From assembly GCA_025603075.1 (NCBI GenBank), contig MU626286.1:1-64000 (forward strand): a stretch of 64,000 bases of DNA, given 5' to 3'. Source of the stretch: Neoconidiobolus thromboides FSU 785. Its lineage: Eukaryota; Fungi; Entomophthoromycota. The stretch's first letter is position 1. Each line of letters starts with the position of its first letter. The position numbers and the translations under genes are program-made. Of this stretch, positions 23,874 to 34,397 are shown piece after piece. A model generated the notes under the pieces. It saw nothing but the letters and a program-made list of their open reading frames with translations, was not told the DNA's origin and did no database searches.

Positions 23874-25077
23874 TTTGATTGATGGATTAATCTTAAATAA
23901 ATTGGAATGAATTAAATCGTTTGTGATATTTATGGCTAAAAATTTTAACATTTTAATATAGTTTTATTAATGCTATACAGCTAAGAAATTGGTATGAATT
24001 TTATAAAAATAACGGAAATTTAAGAGTTTGAGCACGTTTTAATTACCGACATATTAATTTAACAATAAATACCTTAAGAGTCTCTATTCCCTATCAGTAT
24101 TAACCCTATTACCATAGAAAAGTCACTTATAGTTAACGAGTTAAACAAGACGATTTAATAAATTCAACCAAACTTTAGTTTATTTCAATTCTTTGTCAAT
24201 AAAACTTAACTTTCATAGTTTAATAAAAAAGAAGTGTCTGTTTAAAAGTACACGAGCTAAAATTTAAATAGACTATAAGCTACAAAGAAGAAAGTGAATT
24301 GGATTTAGGTAAGTAGTTAAAAAAAGAAACAACCGAGATTTAATGCTACAACGGGGTAGAAATCATCGTAACTAATATCTAAGCTAGATTTTCAATCAAA
24401 TAATTAAGAATTCAATTTGTTAAATTTATATAATCTACATATCTATCTTTAAAACTAAAGTTAGTTTTAAAAACATAATCATAATCATAATCCCAAAAAA
24501 TTATTAAGCATTTTAATAGGTTTAAAAATAAGTAGTGTCTTTTGATTATGTTGATAACAGCAATTATTTTCATCATTTGTATTAACTTTAACTAGATTTA
24601 AATAACCTTAAATTATTAATCAGTATCCTAATAGCTTAGAAGATTGAAGCTTAGATTTCACATGACAGGAATCAATTAAAGAAAAGAGTAAACTTATAGA
24701 AACATATCTAATAAAACTACTGAAACGTATACCATTAAATAGAAAAAAAATTGATCAAATAGTACCATTCAAACAGTGAATCAGCATAGGAATCCACCTG
24801 GATAAGCTGAGCGTGATAGTTTTATTTGCAGTGTAATCATGTTTCAAGATAGTTAAACTCATTAAATAGAAAGTGAATTTTATGAAATAATGGGGAAGTG
24901 GCTGACAGTAGATCGGAAGTTAATCAAATAAAATAAGTTGTTTTATTTTATCTTTTATCTTTCATCATACAAATCACTTTAGCATTGTCAAAGAATAATT
25001 GAGTTGATATCAAATGAGATGAAACCACTACAGATGGTAGTGACATCAGTTGACATAGTGGTACTTTTTGAAACATA

Positions 25078-25185
25078 ATATAGGGGTCTTTGTTTTGATT
25101 TTATTGCTTTTTTCATTTTTTAAGCGCTATTTGAGTGAAAAAATTGTTAATCCAAACTCTTAAGCAAAAAAATACATCGCCATAT
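25078..25185 (-). mobile_element. MITE copy 11 (reverse, inside the TAD3 pseudogene)
   Basis: ATAT-AGGGGTCTTTG...ACATCGCC-ATAT; reverse core. Confidence 0.85.
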
Positions 25186-25195
25186 TATGAATTTG

Positions 25196-25300
25196 ATATG
25201 GGGATGTATTTTTTTGTTTAAGAATTTTACTAACAATCTTTCCATTCAAATAGCGCTTAAAAAATGAAAAATAATGAAACTAAAAAAAACAACCCTATAT
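25196..25300 (+). mobile_element. MITE copy 12 (10 bp from copy 11)
   Basis: ATAT-GGGGATGTATTTTTT...ACAACCCT-ATAT. Confidence 0.9.
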
Positions 25301-26073
25301 ATTATATATGTTAATAAAAATAATATCAACAAAAAGGAAGTAAAAAAAGAAAAGGAACAAAATCAGAGATTGGGGCTAACTATCTATGTCAGAATTTGAA
25401 TTTTTATTCAAGTTCAGAACCTTATATTATACAAGAGAATTACTACCATATTTAATTGCTTTTTGATATATTTTTCTTTTTAGTTAGGTGTGTTGTGGTG
25501 TTAGTTCATTCTGGAGTACAATATGTGTTTTGTAAGTTTAAAAATGAAAATTATGATGCACTTGATTCTAAAGCTAAAATTCATAAATTTTAAAGGTTCA
25601 AATCACCATTATAAAGCGTTTGTTGGAAATTTTGAGCAGATATAATTGAGTCTATTGATATTATATAGTAATTACGATAGAGTGTTAATCGTATTTATAA
25701 TTTGAGGTAGATTAGCTTGATTCAATATAATCTCATATCATGTTAGAGTTATAATGGGCTAAATCTTATATCAATATTAAGCTCTTTATTCCAATTAATG
25801 AAACTTTCAGTATAAGAATTTATGGTCTTTTAGTTTAAAACAATAAGATAAACTTTACAAAAGTCACTTTTTCTAGAATGAAACTGTAGATACGAGAAAT
25901 TAATTAAGCCATAGCTTTGTATATTAAATAATTTGAGTGGTTTTTAATATGCTTAATGAGTTTAAATAACAATAAAATTACTGCTATATATATTAAAATC
26001 AAGTAGATTTTTAATCTATCATTCAACACCTCTATTTATCACCAAGGATAACACTGATATAATGATAACCACG

Positions 26074-26182
26074 ATATGGGGATATATTTTTTTGCTTAAT
26101 AATTTTACTAACAATCTCTCCACCTAAATAGCGCTCAAAAAATGGAAAAAGTTATGAAGTTAAAAAAAACAGCTCCACATAT
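26074..26182 (+). mobile_element. MITE copy 13
   Basis: ATAT-GGGGATATATTTT...ACAGCTCCAC-ATAT plus core. Confidence 0.85.
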
Positions 26183-26289
26183 TGAAAATGTTTTAAATAG
26201 TGAAATAATCATCATAGGGTAAATTAAGAAAAACTATAATCCTATAATATAAATTTCTAAATTAATAATACTGATAATTTAAATAAAAG

Positions 26290-27650
26290 TCTATTTATAG
26301 AGGCTATAATGCTGTCCAGCATAACATCTTTTTATCCAAGTTAATTTTGAATAGCTTTCCATCAGATCATCTGCTATTTCATTAACACCCTATCTAAAGC
26401 ATATAAAAAGAAATAAAAGGGTAGTAAGGTTATAATTAATTTTTTCATCAAATCTCTTAAATAAGGTTACTTAATTTTTAATGCTTTGAGGTTAGGAAAT
26501 AAGGACAAAAATAAACGAAGTTCTGAAGTGTGGCATAAAAAAAGATAATATCAATTTGCTTTATAAAAGTACATTTTTTTAAATTATATTATTTATTGTA
26601 AATATCACCTTCATTTAAATATAGTTGACAAAATATTATTTTGATATCAAAGTTTAATTCACTGAAAAGGATAACTCGTATATTAAATAATAAAGAAATT
26701 GGCCTTAACAATTTTATTGTGCATACACTAAAGCGAACTTTTGAGATTGACAATTTCAAAAGATAGTATGTATAGTTGTTGAATTGAAGCACTCTAAAGC
26801 AACGATATTGTTGCTTTCTATAACTTTTCTATTATATTCGTCAAAACTAAATTTTGAATCACGAGTATCTATGAGTTTCATAATCTTAACTGCTTTAAAT
26901 CACTAGGATATTTTATAATTTTATTAATAATATCTCCAACAATTTCTAACTTTAACTTTGAGCTAAAATCTGTCTTTGGATTCAGATGAATATTATATTT
27001 AATATGTCCACAATTGTAATTTTAACACTTTTAAAATTTTAAGCTTTGTTTTAATTGTCTTTAATCCATTTGAAGTTAAAGTACCTTTTGCTGATATTGA
27101 AAGGGATCTTATTTTATCTGGATTTGAACGTTGAATCATATTTTCAGTACATGACCTTCAATAAAGTCAAGTATTTCAAGTTGTTTTGAATAATTTTTGA
27201 ATAATTCCAATAAACCTATGCAATTGTATTCTCCCAACATTATTTCCTTAAATCTTGGTATTTTCCTGACTAGTTTAATATTACTGGAATCATTATTCTC
27301 AGAATTATTATTGTTATTACCATTACCTTTAATACTATTTTCAAAATCATAACTGATTGACGATAAATTCGGAGAATATTCTAAATACTAAAAGTACCAT
27401 AATACATACTAGTATGCTTCATTAAAGGCCTATTTTCCCTAATAAACTTTTCTTGGTACGTCCAATATTCCTTAAGCCCATACCAATTGTAAATTGAATA
27501 AACTAAGTTACATTTGATTATATTACTAAGATTATTGAATATATGCTCGTTTAAGAAGCATAGCTCAAATAGTTTCTCTAGTTCCAATAGCCTAAATATC
27601 CCTTCTAATAATATGTCAGGTAATTGCCCGGGTCTCAATGATATTTCAGT
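26290..27650 (-). pseudogene. Decayed F-box-like/LRR-like gene, family copy 1
   Basis: N-terminal LPDILLEGIFRLLELEKLFELCFLN is F-box-like. There is no ATG and the frame is broken. Blocks such as LELFKNYSKQLEILD..RSLSIS..GLKTIKTKLKILK are shared with 37020-38260 and 57240-58225. Confidence 0.6.
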
Positions 27651-27830
27651 ATAAGCTGTATGAACTTAAGTTAATTTGATTTTGGTTACTTATATTGTGA
27701 TATATTGAGCAAATTTCAATTGAACTTTTAAGAAAATGGTAAATTGTTGACCACATTAATATAGCTTAAACTTCAATATTTATGATGTTCAAGTCTACAT
27801 TTAAGTAATAAATAAACCCTTTATAATAGC

Positions 27831-27936
27831 ATTTGGGGATGTATTTTTGTGTTTAAGAATTTTACTAGCAATTTTTCCGCTCAAATAGTGCCTAAAAGAT
27901 GAAAAAAATAATGAAACCAAAAAAACATACCTATGT
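27831..27936 (+). mobile_element. MITE copy 14
   Basis: ATTT-GGGGATGTATTTTT...ACATACCT-ATGT plus core. Confidence 0.85.
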
Positions 27937-28046
27937 TGGTTTTTAGCTTAATTTTTAGGTTGCATAATTTTAAAAATTAAACCAATAATTTAATTAGCAT
28001 TTATTGTATCTGAGAGACACTCTCAAGAAGCAAAAGGTTAATGTAG

Positions 28047-28167
28047 ATTTGAGTTTGTGAAACATTATGAGGATACGACTCATTTGGCCAATCAATAGCA
28101 TTCGTCAAAAAATTATTGGAAATTAGACAAGCACTTCATGTCCTCAGATTGGCTCACAAGCTCAAAT
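28047..28167. repeat. Imperfect 28-bp inverted repeat enclosing CCAAT motifs, upstream of the 491-aa gene
   Basis: ATTTGAGTTTGTGAAACATTATGAGGAT vs reverse complement of GTCCTCAGATTGGCTCACAAGCTCAAAT (22 of 28 match by eye). Confidence 0.55.
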
Positions 28168-28309
28168 TTATGATGACAGTTTAAATTTTTGTTTTACGGA
28201 ATTTTCATTTCACAAACTTTCAATTAGAATTGTGGTCCTTTTTTGACTTTCTATCTCTAACAAATTCTATATTTTACTTTCAATTCTAAAGAATACAATT
28301 TCAGTCCCA

Positions 28310-29785
28310 ATGTGTGATAAAATAAGCGAACAAAATAAAATCGAGAATAACGGCCTCAATCCTCAAGGTCTCATTGCAATAAGTGAAGAAGCCAAGAGTA
28401 ATTTAATGTTATTAGTAGATGAGGAAGGTATGCCTACAAAGAAAGCAGCAGAGTTATTATCTATCAGCCCAACAGCAGCAGGAACAATAATATCTGGGGA
28501 AATCAAAAAGTTAGAGGAAGCCTCAGAAAAAATACAAAAACAAATGGAGATGGTACAAAAGATAACGACAGTCAAAGGACAACGTGTAAAAAAAAATACC
28601 AAGGTAGGGATACCAAAGGTTGTAAAAAAAAGTGGTATGGAGAGGCTTATAGAGGAAGATGAAATATATCGAATACTATTACCTGGCGGAGATGATATTA
28701 TTCAAAAAATAGAAGAAGAAAATATTAGAGCTAGAATGAAAAAGATTCCTGATGAAAAAGAGAAGTTAAGAATAGAAAAGATTGCTGAGGTAAAAGCAGA
28801 AAGAAAACGAAAAGTGGAAAAATTAAAAATGGTGACGCAGTTGGATGAAGAAAAATATGAAATACAAAGGGCCAAAGAAATGGAGGAAAAACAAGAGGTT
28901 GCTGAAGAAGAACGAAGAATGACTATGCAAAAATTTCAAGAAGTAAAGGAGGGCCAATTAATAGCAGAAAAAAATAGTAGGAATACATTTGAAGGAGTTA
29001 CAAAAATAACTGAAACGGAAAGGATCAAAGAAAATGAAAGGGTTAGGGTACGAAAAGTGGCCGAACAAGAACAAATAAAAAGGATAAGTATACAAAATGG
29101 CTCCAAAGAAAAGAAAAAAGCAAAGATTTCAATGTCGTTAGGAAAAGATAAGCTTGAAAAAGTTGAAGAGAAACGAATTCAAACGCAAAAGGTTGCTGAA
29201 GAAAGAGCAAGACTAAAAATGCAAAAGGAAGCTGAAGTAAAAGCAGGAAGGAAGCAAAAGGCAGAAGAAAAGGCAAGAGTGAAAATCCAGAAAAATCCAG
29301 AAACTACTAAAGGGGGTGATATATTAACTGTACAAGATACAAATGATACAAATAATACTAAAGTTTATCGAAAGTATGCTGAAGTCAATGATAAACTTCG
29401 AAGGTATTTAATCTTTTTAGTGAAGGATCAAGGGCAAAGTATTCAAGAAGCAGCGAACTTTTTAATGATTAGATATGAAGAGGCGGTAGCCATTATTCAT
29501 CATGAAGAAGATAAAATTAGGAGAGCTAATGATTTGGAAACAGTAGAAACACGAGAAGATGGTGTTATAATTGGACAGAGTAGTGAAATAATGGAAAGCA
29601 TTCGAGTTCAACAGGCCAATAAGGAAAAAATGGAGATTAAACAGAAGTTATTGGATCTAGTTCATAAACAAGGAAAACCAATCAAAGAAGCAGCTAAATT
29701 AGTGGAGATTAGTCATCTTGAGGCAAGGGGTATTGTTGATGAAGAAATAAATCGATTGAAAGCGATAACGCAAAAAAAATACTAA
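28310..29785 (+). CDS. Orphan Lys/Glu-rich coiled-coil protein with three HTH-like repeats (491 aa, intronless)
   Basis: 1476-bp open frame with three copies of L..LV...G.....AA.L..I....A..I...E..++. Confidence 0.75.
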   Translation: MCDKISEQNKIENNGLNPQGLIAISEEAKSNLMLLVDEEGMPTKKAAELLSISPTAAGTIISGEIKKLEEASEKIQKQMEMVQKITTVKGQRVKKNTKVGIPKVVKKSGMERLIEEDEIYRILLPGGDDIIQKIEEENIRARMKKIPDEKEKLRIEKIAEVKAERKRKVEKLKMVTQLDEEKYEIQRAKEMEEKQEVAEEERRMTMQKFQEVKEGQLIAEKNSRNTFEGVTKITETERIKENERVRVRKVAEQEQIKRISIQNGSKEKKKAKISMSLGKDKLEKVEEKRIQTQKVAEERARLKMQKEAEVKAGRKQKAEEKARVKIQKNPETTKGGDILTVQDTNDTNNTKVYRKYAEVNDKLRRYLIFLVKDQGQSIQEAANFLMIRYEEAVAIIHHEEDKIRRANDLETVETREDGVIIGQSSEIMESIRVQQANKEKMEIKQKLLDLVHKQGKPIKEAAKLVEISHLEARGIVDEEINRLKAITQKKY

Positions 29786-30265
29786 AAAGCTAAATAGGAT
29801 ATAAATAAAAGTAGGAAGAACATCAAATAATCAAGATAAGAATATTGATAAACATTATGGTAGTTTGTTTGATGATAAAGAACTTTATGATATTGGAAAG
29901 CAAATCATGAGACTAAAAGGTGATTATTGATAGCGACAGATGGAAGAAAGATGGGGAAAATTATAGTAAAGTATTTATTGATTTAGTACAATGAGATAGT
30001 GATTAGGTAGTTTTATTTGGTATTAAGTTTAAATAATTATTAAGTAGTAAAATTGATGGGAAAGGTACTACTGATGAACTTTTTTTTTAATTTATATTAT
30101 AAAAACTTATACTCAGTTTAGGAAACAGTTTTTAATGATACGAAAAGCGAATTTAGTTAAAATGTAAATAAAGGCATTTATATAAGTTAAATGATTTTTT
30201 ATTTAAAGTTTGAAGCAAATATTTTAAATTATTAAAATTCTATTTATTATTGATTATAGAATAAA

Positions 30266-30371
30266 ATATGGGGATGTTTTTTTTTGATTTATTACTTTTC
30301 TATTTTTTAAGCGCTATTTGAATGGAAAAATTGTTAGTAAAATTCTTAAACATAAAACTACATCCCCATAT
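30266..30371 (-). mobile_element. MITE copy 15 (reverse orientation)
   Basis: ATAT-GGGGATGTTTTTT...ACATCCCC-ATAT; near-perfect TIRs. Confidence 0.92.
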
Positions 30372-30657
30372 ACTTTTATAAAATCTAATTTATTGTAAAT
30401 TTATAATTTACTATTACCCTAAAAGTAAAGTCAATATAAAGCATTATATTTTTTTAGTGAACTGAATACCTTATTAAGAAAATAAAAATAAATATACAAA
30501 AAAATTAAAATTATTTTTGAATAAATTTTATTATAAAAAACCAAGCTATAATGTAAATCCTAGTTTCAAGCTAACTAATATCATTTCATATAGCAAATAC
30601 CTATAGCTAGTTGAACCTAAAATCTAGTCATGTATTACAATTTCCCCCATTTTTTAC

Positions 30658-32598
30658 TTACATAATATCCTTCAATTCCTCAGCTTCCAGAACAGCCATT
30701 AATGCATTTTTATCCATTGGAATAAAATATTTTTCTCCACTTTTAGTTTTAACTTCTTTAATAACCCCATGATCTAAAAATTCTGTTAATTGAGATTGCC
30801 ATGCTTTAAAAGTAGAAGCTAAAAATCTCTTTCTACATAAATTAAAGAACTGTTGATCAGAAATTCCTAATGAATCATCTCCTTTACTTCTTCCTTTATT
30901 TGTTAATTGATTTTTTTTATTGAAGATTAATTCATTATCTCCAACAGTGGCAGGTTTATTATATTCAATATCTTCTTTCAATTGTTCATTGACTAATATT
31001 TTAAATATACCTTTCGCTTTGGCATTAACTGAAGCTAACACTTGTGTTACTCCACGTAAGGTGATTTGACCATTAACAATTAAACTGGTTGGAATGAGCG
31101 GTGAAGTTTCAAACGAAGTTTCAACTTTATAAGGGATAAATGTAGTCATTTCCTGTGATAAAAAATTAAATTTTGTCATACTAACATTATCCCATAATAA
31201 AGTAGCTCGAATATGGTCAATTGTACAGATAAGAGAAATTTTTTCAAGTTGACTAAGGGACATGAATATATTTTGAATGACTTTGCTACGTAAATTCTCT
31301 CCATCAATATTATGAACTATCAAATATAATTTACTAATATCATCTTTTTTTTCCAATGCTTCTTTAATAAATTGTACAGTTTCTATTGGTTTACTAATTA
31401 AACATTTGGCTCTTAGTTTTTTACATATTAATGTTAAGATTGTTTTTAATGTTATATTGGGAAAATAACCATTAATAACTAGAACTATACTATCATCAGT
31501 AATTAAACATTTTTTAGCAAAATCTAATATTGTTTCTCTTTTGCTACCATACCCATAAAATAATAAATTAAAATTAGAATTTAAACAAAATTTATACTGA
31601 GAATAATATTTTTGATGATATTGTTTCATGAAATTTATTCTCTTTTCTTTTGATTGTTGTATATTATCAATAGCTTTGCGTACATTATTTGGTTCTAAAT
31701 TTTGTAAATTAGATAATATATTATCGGATGTTATCTTCCCTTTCTTTATATGATAAGTTTCAAAATAATTAGCAAATCCAATATCATTATCTTCAATATA
31801 ATATTCTAATTGATCATCAAACTCAATCTCTACTTCTTCTTTTAAATATTCAATACTCATACCTTCTTGTGAAGTTGATAATAAAGATTCATCATGTATA
31901 GATTTAATACTTACATCAATTAATACCTTTTTCTTTTTTGGTAAGCTATTCTTCTTTGGAGTTCCACTTTCTCTTTTAATTGTTTCTTTGGCACCTGGTT
32001 GTCGAATTGAATACTTTTCATTACCAGCAATAGTAGATAAATTATGACTATTTTTCGACATCATACTTTGATTACCAAATAATTCACTTCGATTCATGGA
32101 TAATATAGAATGATTATTTGTTTGATTCATTATATGAGATGTATAAATACTTGAATTATGGCTTTGATTAAATTTATTAATACTCTTGTTAAAACTCTTA
32201 TTATTATCTTTACTATTTAATATTTGACTATTATTATTTTTCTTTTCACTGATATCGTATTTTTCATTACCTTTGATAATTGATGTATTATAATTCTCTT
32301 TTGATAACATACTTTTATTACCAAATATTTCGCTCTTAGACATGGATAGTAAACTCTTATTATGCGTCTGGTTATGTAAATGAGATAGATACATACTGGA
32401 GTTATGACTTATATTGAATTTATTCATACTTTTATTATGTTGACTTGGTTTCTGTTTGCTGACAGCAGCTGGTTTTTCCTGGGATGTCTCGTGGCCTTCA
32501 TTGATAGGCTCTAATGGTTCATACTCCTGATTGGGTTCTAAATCATAAGACTCGAGAACTGAGATATCATTCACATCACCTTCGCTATTGCTATCCAT
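30658..32598 (-). CDS. ORC2: Origin recognition complex subunit 2 (intronless, 646 aa)
   Basis: FNLLFYGYGSK, VINGYFP, LYLIVHNIDGENLR, IDHIRATLLWD, TTFIPYKVE, QLTEFLDHGVI. Confidence 0.95.
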   Translation of the reverse strand: MDSNSEGDVNDISVLESYDLEPNQEYEPLEPINEGHETSQEKPAAVSKQKPSQHNKSMNKFNISHNSSMYLSHLHNQTHNKSLLSMSKSEIFGNKSMLSKENYNTSIIKGNEKYDISEKKNNNSQILNSKDNNKSFNKSINKFNQSHNSSIYTSHIMNQTNNHSILSMNRSELFGNQSMMSKNSHNLSTIAGNEKYSIRQPGAKETIKRESGTPKKNSLPKKKKVLIDVSIKSIHDESLLSTSQEGMSIEYLKEEVEIEFDDQLEYYIEDNDIGFANYFETYHIKKGKITSDNILSNLQNLEPNNVRKAIDNIQQSKEKRINFMKQYHQKYYSQYKFCLNSNFNLLFYGYGSKRETILDFAKKCLITDDSIVLVINGYFPNITLKTILTLICKKLRAKCLISKPIETVQFIKEALEKKDDISKLYLIVHNIDGENLRSKVIQNIFMSLSQLEKISLICTIDHIRATLLWDNVSMTKFNFLSQEMTTFIPYKVETSFETSPLIPTSLIVNGQITLRGVTQVLASVNAKAKGIFKILVNEQLKEDIEYNKPATVGDNELIFNKKNQLTNKGRSKGDDSLGISDQQFFNLCRKRFLASTFKAWQSQLTEFLDHGVIKEVKTKSGEKYFIPMDKNALMAVLEAEELKDIM

Positions 32599-32837
32599 TT
32601 TATTGAACCAGTGTTTCGATTTGACTTGGAAATTGAATGAAAATTATGCAAAATACAAATAGGTTGAGCTAGAAAATAGTCAAGCTTATTTTTTGAAATG
32701 AATCAAATCATCAATTGAATAAAGGATGAGTTTCATTGGCTTTTCAATCTCCCTGAAAGTCCACCTTGTAAAATGGGATTTTTTGAATTTAATTTGTTAA
32801 CCTTATTTGTTCCAGTACTTGGTAAAATAGTAAAGAA

Positions 32838-34295
32838 ATGGAAGATATTGATGAACTAAAAGAAGAAAAGATAATGAATGTAACCTCCACTGAATTTCAA
32901 AACTATCGATTACGACGAATTATTAAAGAAAATCATGGTGAAAAGATTAATGTATTAACTATGGGTTTAAAACCCATTCATGAAAATGAATTAGATTTAA
33001 GTCATTTAATATTAACTGTAGGGGATAAACAAGTAAAATAAATATAAGCTAAACTACTTAAATATTAAGGTTGGTTTTTAAATAGTTAAACATCTATGAT
33101 AATCAAAACCATAAGGATAACTTAGATTTAATGTGTCATTTTAAATTAAATGAAGACGATATTAATAGCCAAGGAGTAAGTAGCCATCCTTAATAATCAA
33201 AGAATGGTATTTATTTTAAAACAGACTTTTTATAGTGGATGTTGGTTACGAAAATCAAAAGATAGTTTGATCGCATTTGCTGGTGATAGTGGTATTATAC
33301 ATATAATCTCTTTAGCTTATTCACAAGAAATACTTCGATTAAGTGGACATACTGGTAAGTTTAGTTTTTATTTTTTCAAAAAAAACCGGTATATTATGAC
33401 ATCTTATTTAAAATAGGAAGAGTGATTCAATTGATACCACATCCAATTTACGAACATTTATTATTATCAGTGAGTGAAGATCATACAATTAGAGTTTGGA
33501 ATCTAGAATTAAAAAGTACAATTGCTATTATTAATGTAGACGCTACAGTAGCAGTAAGTTTATCCTTATTTTATCTTGAAATTAAGCTTATTAATACTCC
33601 CAGTGTTTTAATCCCAAAGGCAGCAAAATCATTACTGGGTCATCAACTGGAGAAATTAAATTTATTAAACTTCCAATAATGTTATTTAATCAAACTAATA
33701 ATGTAAGATTATCAATAACTAAATCTATTCCTCTATTAAAACAAAGTCTACATGGTGATAAAATAGATCAATTAGTAATGATTGATGATAAAACGATAAT
33801 ATCCAAGTCGATTAATGGAATCATTATTTATTGGGAATGTAAAACTCAAGATATTAAATGGAGATTATGTTTTAAAGATTATAAATTTAATATTCACACT
33901 AAATTGGCAGTAAGGTAAGTTATTATCATATATATTAAATATAGTAGTTTGAATAATTAATACATTTGTAATATCATTCAGCGAAGATAAAAATTATTTC
34001 TTAATTGGTGGTTACTCAGGTACCATTTATGTATATGATTTAATTCTTGGAAAGAAGATATTTGATGATAAACATAGAAGATCAACAAAACCTATATACT
34101 CTTGTACTTTTGCTAAAAAAGATAGGTAATTTTGTTATTAATAGTTATAACAAGGTATTTGAAGAGTAATTAATTATTATTAGAAACCTATTATTCACTT
34201 CAGGTGACGGTTTAATTTGGAGGTACGATTATATTAATGATGATGTTTTATTAAACTGGGATAATTGGAAAAATGGAATTGATGTAGGAAATTAA
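32838..34295 (+). CDS. WD40 protein of the EED/ESC - LRWD1(ORCA) type; multi-exon
   Basis: RIIKENHG, TVGDKQ|LNIYDN, FYSGCW..LIAFAGDSGIIHII..LSGHT, HPIYEHLLLSVSEDHTIRVWNL, LHGDKIDQL...IISKSINGIIIYW; these parallel EED motifs. Confidence 0.8.
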
Positions 34296-34397
34296 AGAAA
34301 ATGTAAATTATTAAATTAAAAATAGAATAGAAAAGTATTATGTTTAATTTTAAAAGTATAAAAATATTAGAAATAAATAATAGTTTACTTACAAAAT

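Larger units (their letters stand above)
24226..25650 (+). pseudogene. Full-length decayed TAD3 copy retaining intron remnants, interrupted by two MITEs
   Basis: Collinear similarity to 10609-11827, e.g. AACTATCTATGTCAGAATTT..TCAGAACCT and ATATGTGTTT..AAAATTCATAA..AATCACCATTATAAAGCGTTTGTTGGAAATTTTGA. Confidence 0.85.
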
